A DNA stretch of 64,000 bases from Chlorokybus atmophyticus (taxonomy: Eukaryota; Plantae; Mesostigma and Chlorokybus algae). Below the pieces are notes generated by a model, which worked only from the letters and a program-made list of their open reading frames with translations, was not told where the DNA came from and made no database searches. Shown piece by piece: positions 62,501-64,000 of the stretch (positions are counted from its first letter, which is position 1; each line of letters begins with the position of its first letter). The position numbers were made by a program, and so were the translations under genes. The stretch lies in the NCBI GenBank assembly GCA_009103225.1, contig RHPI01003642.1:983099-1047098 (forward strand), written 5' to 3'.

Positions 62501-64000
62501 CCGGAGGCTTTCTGCCTGAGAGCAGAGGTCATCTGCTGGCACTGGGCGTTGCGACACTTGAAGACCCATGCATACCCATCTTTTGTCTCAGCAAAATGGT
62601 GTCCAGGACGATGAATTGTTCCACAGAACTCACATCTGACAGGCAGCTAAAAGGACTTGTCTGGGTTCCAAAAGTGCAAAAGCTCTCGCCAGCGGGAGCC
62701 ATCCCAAGCCTCTTGCTGCGCTGCAGGAGGAACTGCAGGGTCTTTATCAAGCCATCTGTCGCATTCGCGCCATGATTGCAACCAGTCGTAGCAGATGGTA
62801 GGGCAACGAAACATCAGTTGCAGTCTAGCCTTGAGAGGTAGGTAGTAGTAGCTCACGCAGTCCTTGCGCAGGTTACCACAAGGACACTTCTCTTGCTGCA
62901 TTGTCTTGCGTAATTTCTCACGCTGACGCCAAGTAGAGGACTCTTCGGTAACGTCATCGCCAAAGTCTCTCGGGTATGGCTTGCTGAAGAGGTAAGAGCA
63001 GTCCTTGCAAACGGAGTAGTGCAAAGGCACTGGCATACCCATGCGATTGAACAGGCTGGTGGCAGTTTTGCAGGATGTTGGTAGCTTGCAACCCTCTGAT
63101 TCCGGACTAAAGGTCTTCTTGGTGGCCATACTGAGAAGAGAGTCATCGCCCTTGAACAGACAGGCCAGCAACTTGTTGATGCAGTCTTTCGACATACCGC
63201 CCTCGTCGGCAATGGTCATGATGTCTAGGTACTTGTCCATGTAAGACTTCTCGGGTTCCTGGTGCTCGGTAAGTGGGTCACTCTTTGCTGGTGCTACAGC
63301 AGGTGACACAACTTTGGGAATGGCCCGGAACTGCTGAAGCACGCGGTCTTTGTGCAAGTGGATTTGGATTACTGAGTTCCTCTGCAGCACCTGTGACAGA
63401 AAAGCTTAGGATCTAGCCAAACACGCTGCCAACGAAAGCCCTAAACCATCAAAACCACCAAAAGACAAGACTGCCATGGTCAAAAAGATCTGTAAGTCAC
63501 CTCATTGTTGCACTTGGAGCATGGACAGGATCTGAGAGATGTAGACAGCTGTGGGTCTGCAACCGGGTCTTCATTGGGCTGGACCAATGGTTCTAACGTT
63601 GCTTGCAGATGTGTAGGCAACTCCTTTGGTTCAGGTGAGGGTTGTGGAGGTTGGTCACATGGCAGCTCAGGAGTGTCACGAATGCCGTTCAGTGAACTGG
63701 CAAGAAGAGAATCTCCCAGCGGGTCTTGCGTGTGGATTGGATGTTCTGGTGTCTCAAGGTTGTGGTGATGCTGGTCATGTAAGAGGTCTTGCGAGGCTGG
63801 TAGAAGTTGCGGATTGTCTTGGTTTTCTTGCTGGTGGTTTGGCCGCGGCTGCTCTTCCGCAATGTTTGGAATGGACTGCAATGGGTTTTGGTGCTGACTT
63901 GCATTCAAGATAGTCTGCTGACTGTCACGCGGCTGGAATGCAGGCTGTCTTTGCTGCTGTTTGAACTTTGCTTGCGTGCGTCTGGATGCTTTATGGACCG
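59505..64000 (-). pseudogene. CACTA/EnSpm transposase (TnpD-like), spliced, with one premature TAG; 5' end beyond window
   Basis: Motifs in order: CPCSKCNNE|VLQRNSVIQIHL, YYLPLKARLQLMF, AWDGSRW, HWDGF, MDPFLEPLVTELESLYIEG, LRAMLLLWAGDHPA, CACRRC, YDVMHTLCEG, FWKAEDY, HILDDIRRHG and WCYVFERSV. Introns are at 63391-63500, 62068-62192 and ~60343-60611. An in-frame TAG is at 62647-62649. Confidence 0.88.
60453..60596. repeat. 33-bp tandem repeat (~4.3 copies) in transposase intron
   Basis: ACCAAGACCAGTCAGAATAGACCCAGGCTTAAC-like units start at 60453, 60486, 60519, 60552 and 60585. Confidence 0.92.

Larger units (their letters stand above)
51137..64000 (-). mobile_element. CACTA/EnSpm (CMC superfamily) DNA transposon, >12.8 kb, three genes, right end outside window
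   Basis: Transposase_21-like ORF plus a CPCxxC-N...HL transposase-associated motif, and clustered direct and inverted ACTGGCACAA repeats at 51137-51690. The putative terminus CCCGTGCCAGT fits the CMC 5'-C(A/C)C rule. The left boundary is inferred. Confidence 0.85.

Overview
Eukaryotic nuclear DNA from an intron-rich green alga. Most introns are ~100-300 nt GT-AG with TGCAG-type acceptors. Plant-type AP2/ERF, UVR8 and starch phosphorylase genes occur with a flagellar DRC9/IQCG gene, suggesting a flagellate-stage green alga such as an early streptophyte (inference; species not determined). Bases ~1.4-43.5 kb hold 11 recognisable spliced genes: eIF3j, an AP2 transcription factor, cytosolic TyrRS, UVR8, NTAN1, a SAM methyltransferase, an MgtE-type transporter, DRC9/IQCG, alpha-glucan phosphorylase, an atypical galactokinase-family GHMP kinase and a DSE1/GNB1L-type WD40 protein. 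Several lie head-to-head. Bases 43.6-51.1 kb are gene-poor, with a long poly-C and decayed coding-like fragments. From ~51137 to the right edge (>12.8 kb) lies a CACTA/EnSpm (CMC) transposon. It has subterminal ACTGGCACAA repeats, an intron-containing transposase with one in-frame TAG, and two extra spliced genes. One of these is an apparently intact 532-aa protein with a SAM-like domain; the other is a Zn-finger/coiled-coil/acidic protein. This three-gene element is the most interesting system here. Several near-perfect hairpins and a diverged dispersed repeat were also found. There are two N gaps (26703-27361, 40688-40970). Exon structures were read by eye, and domain calls rest on motif recognition, not database searches.
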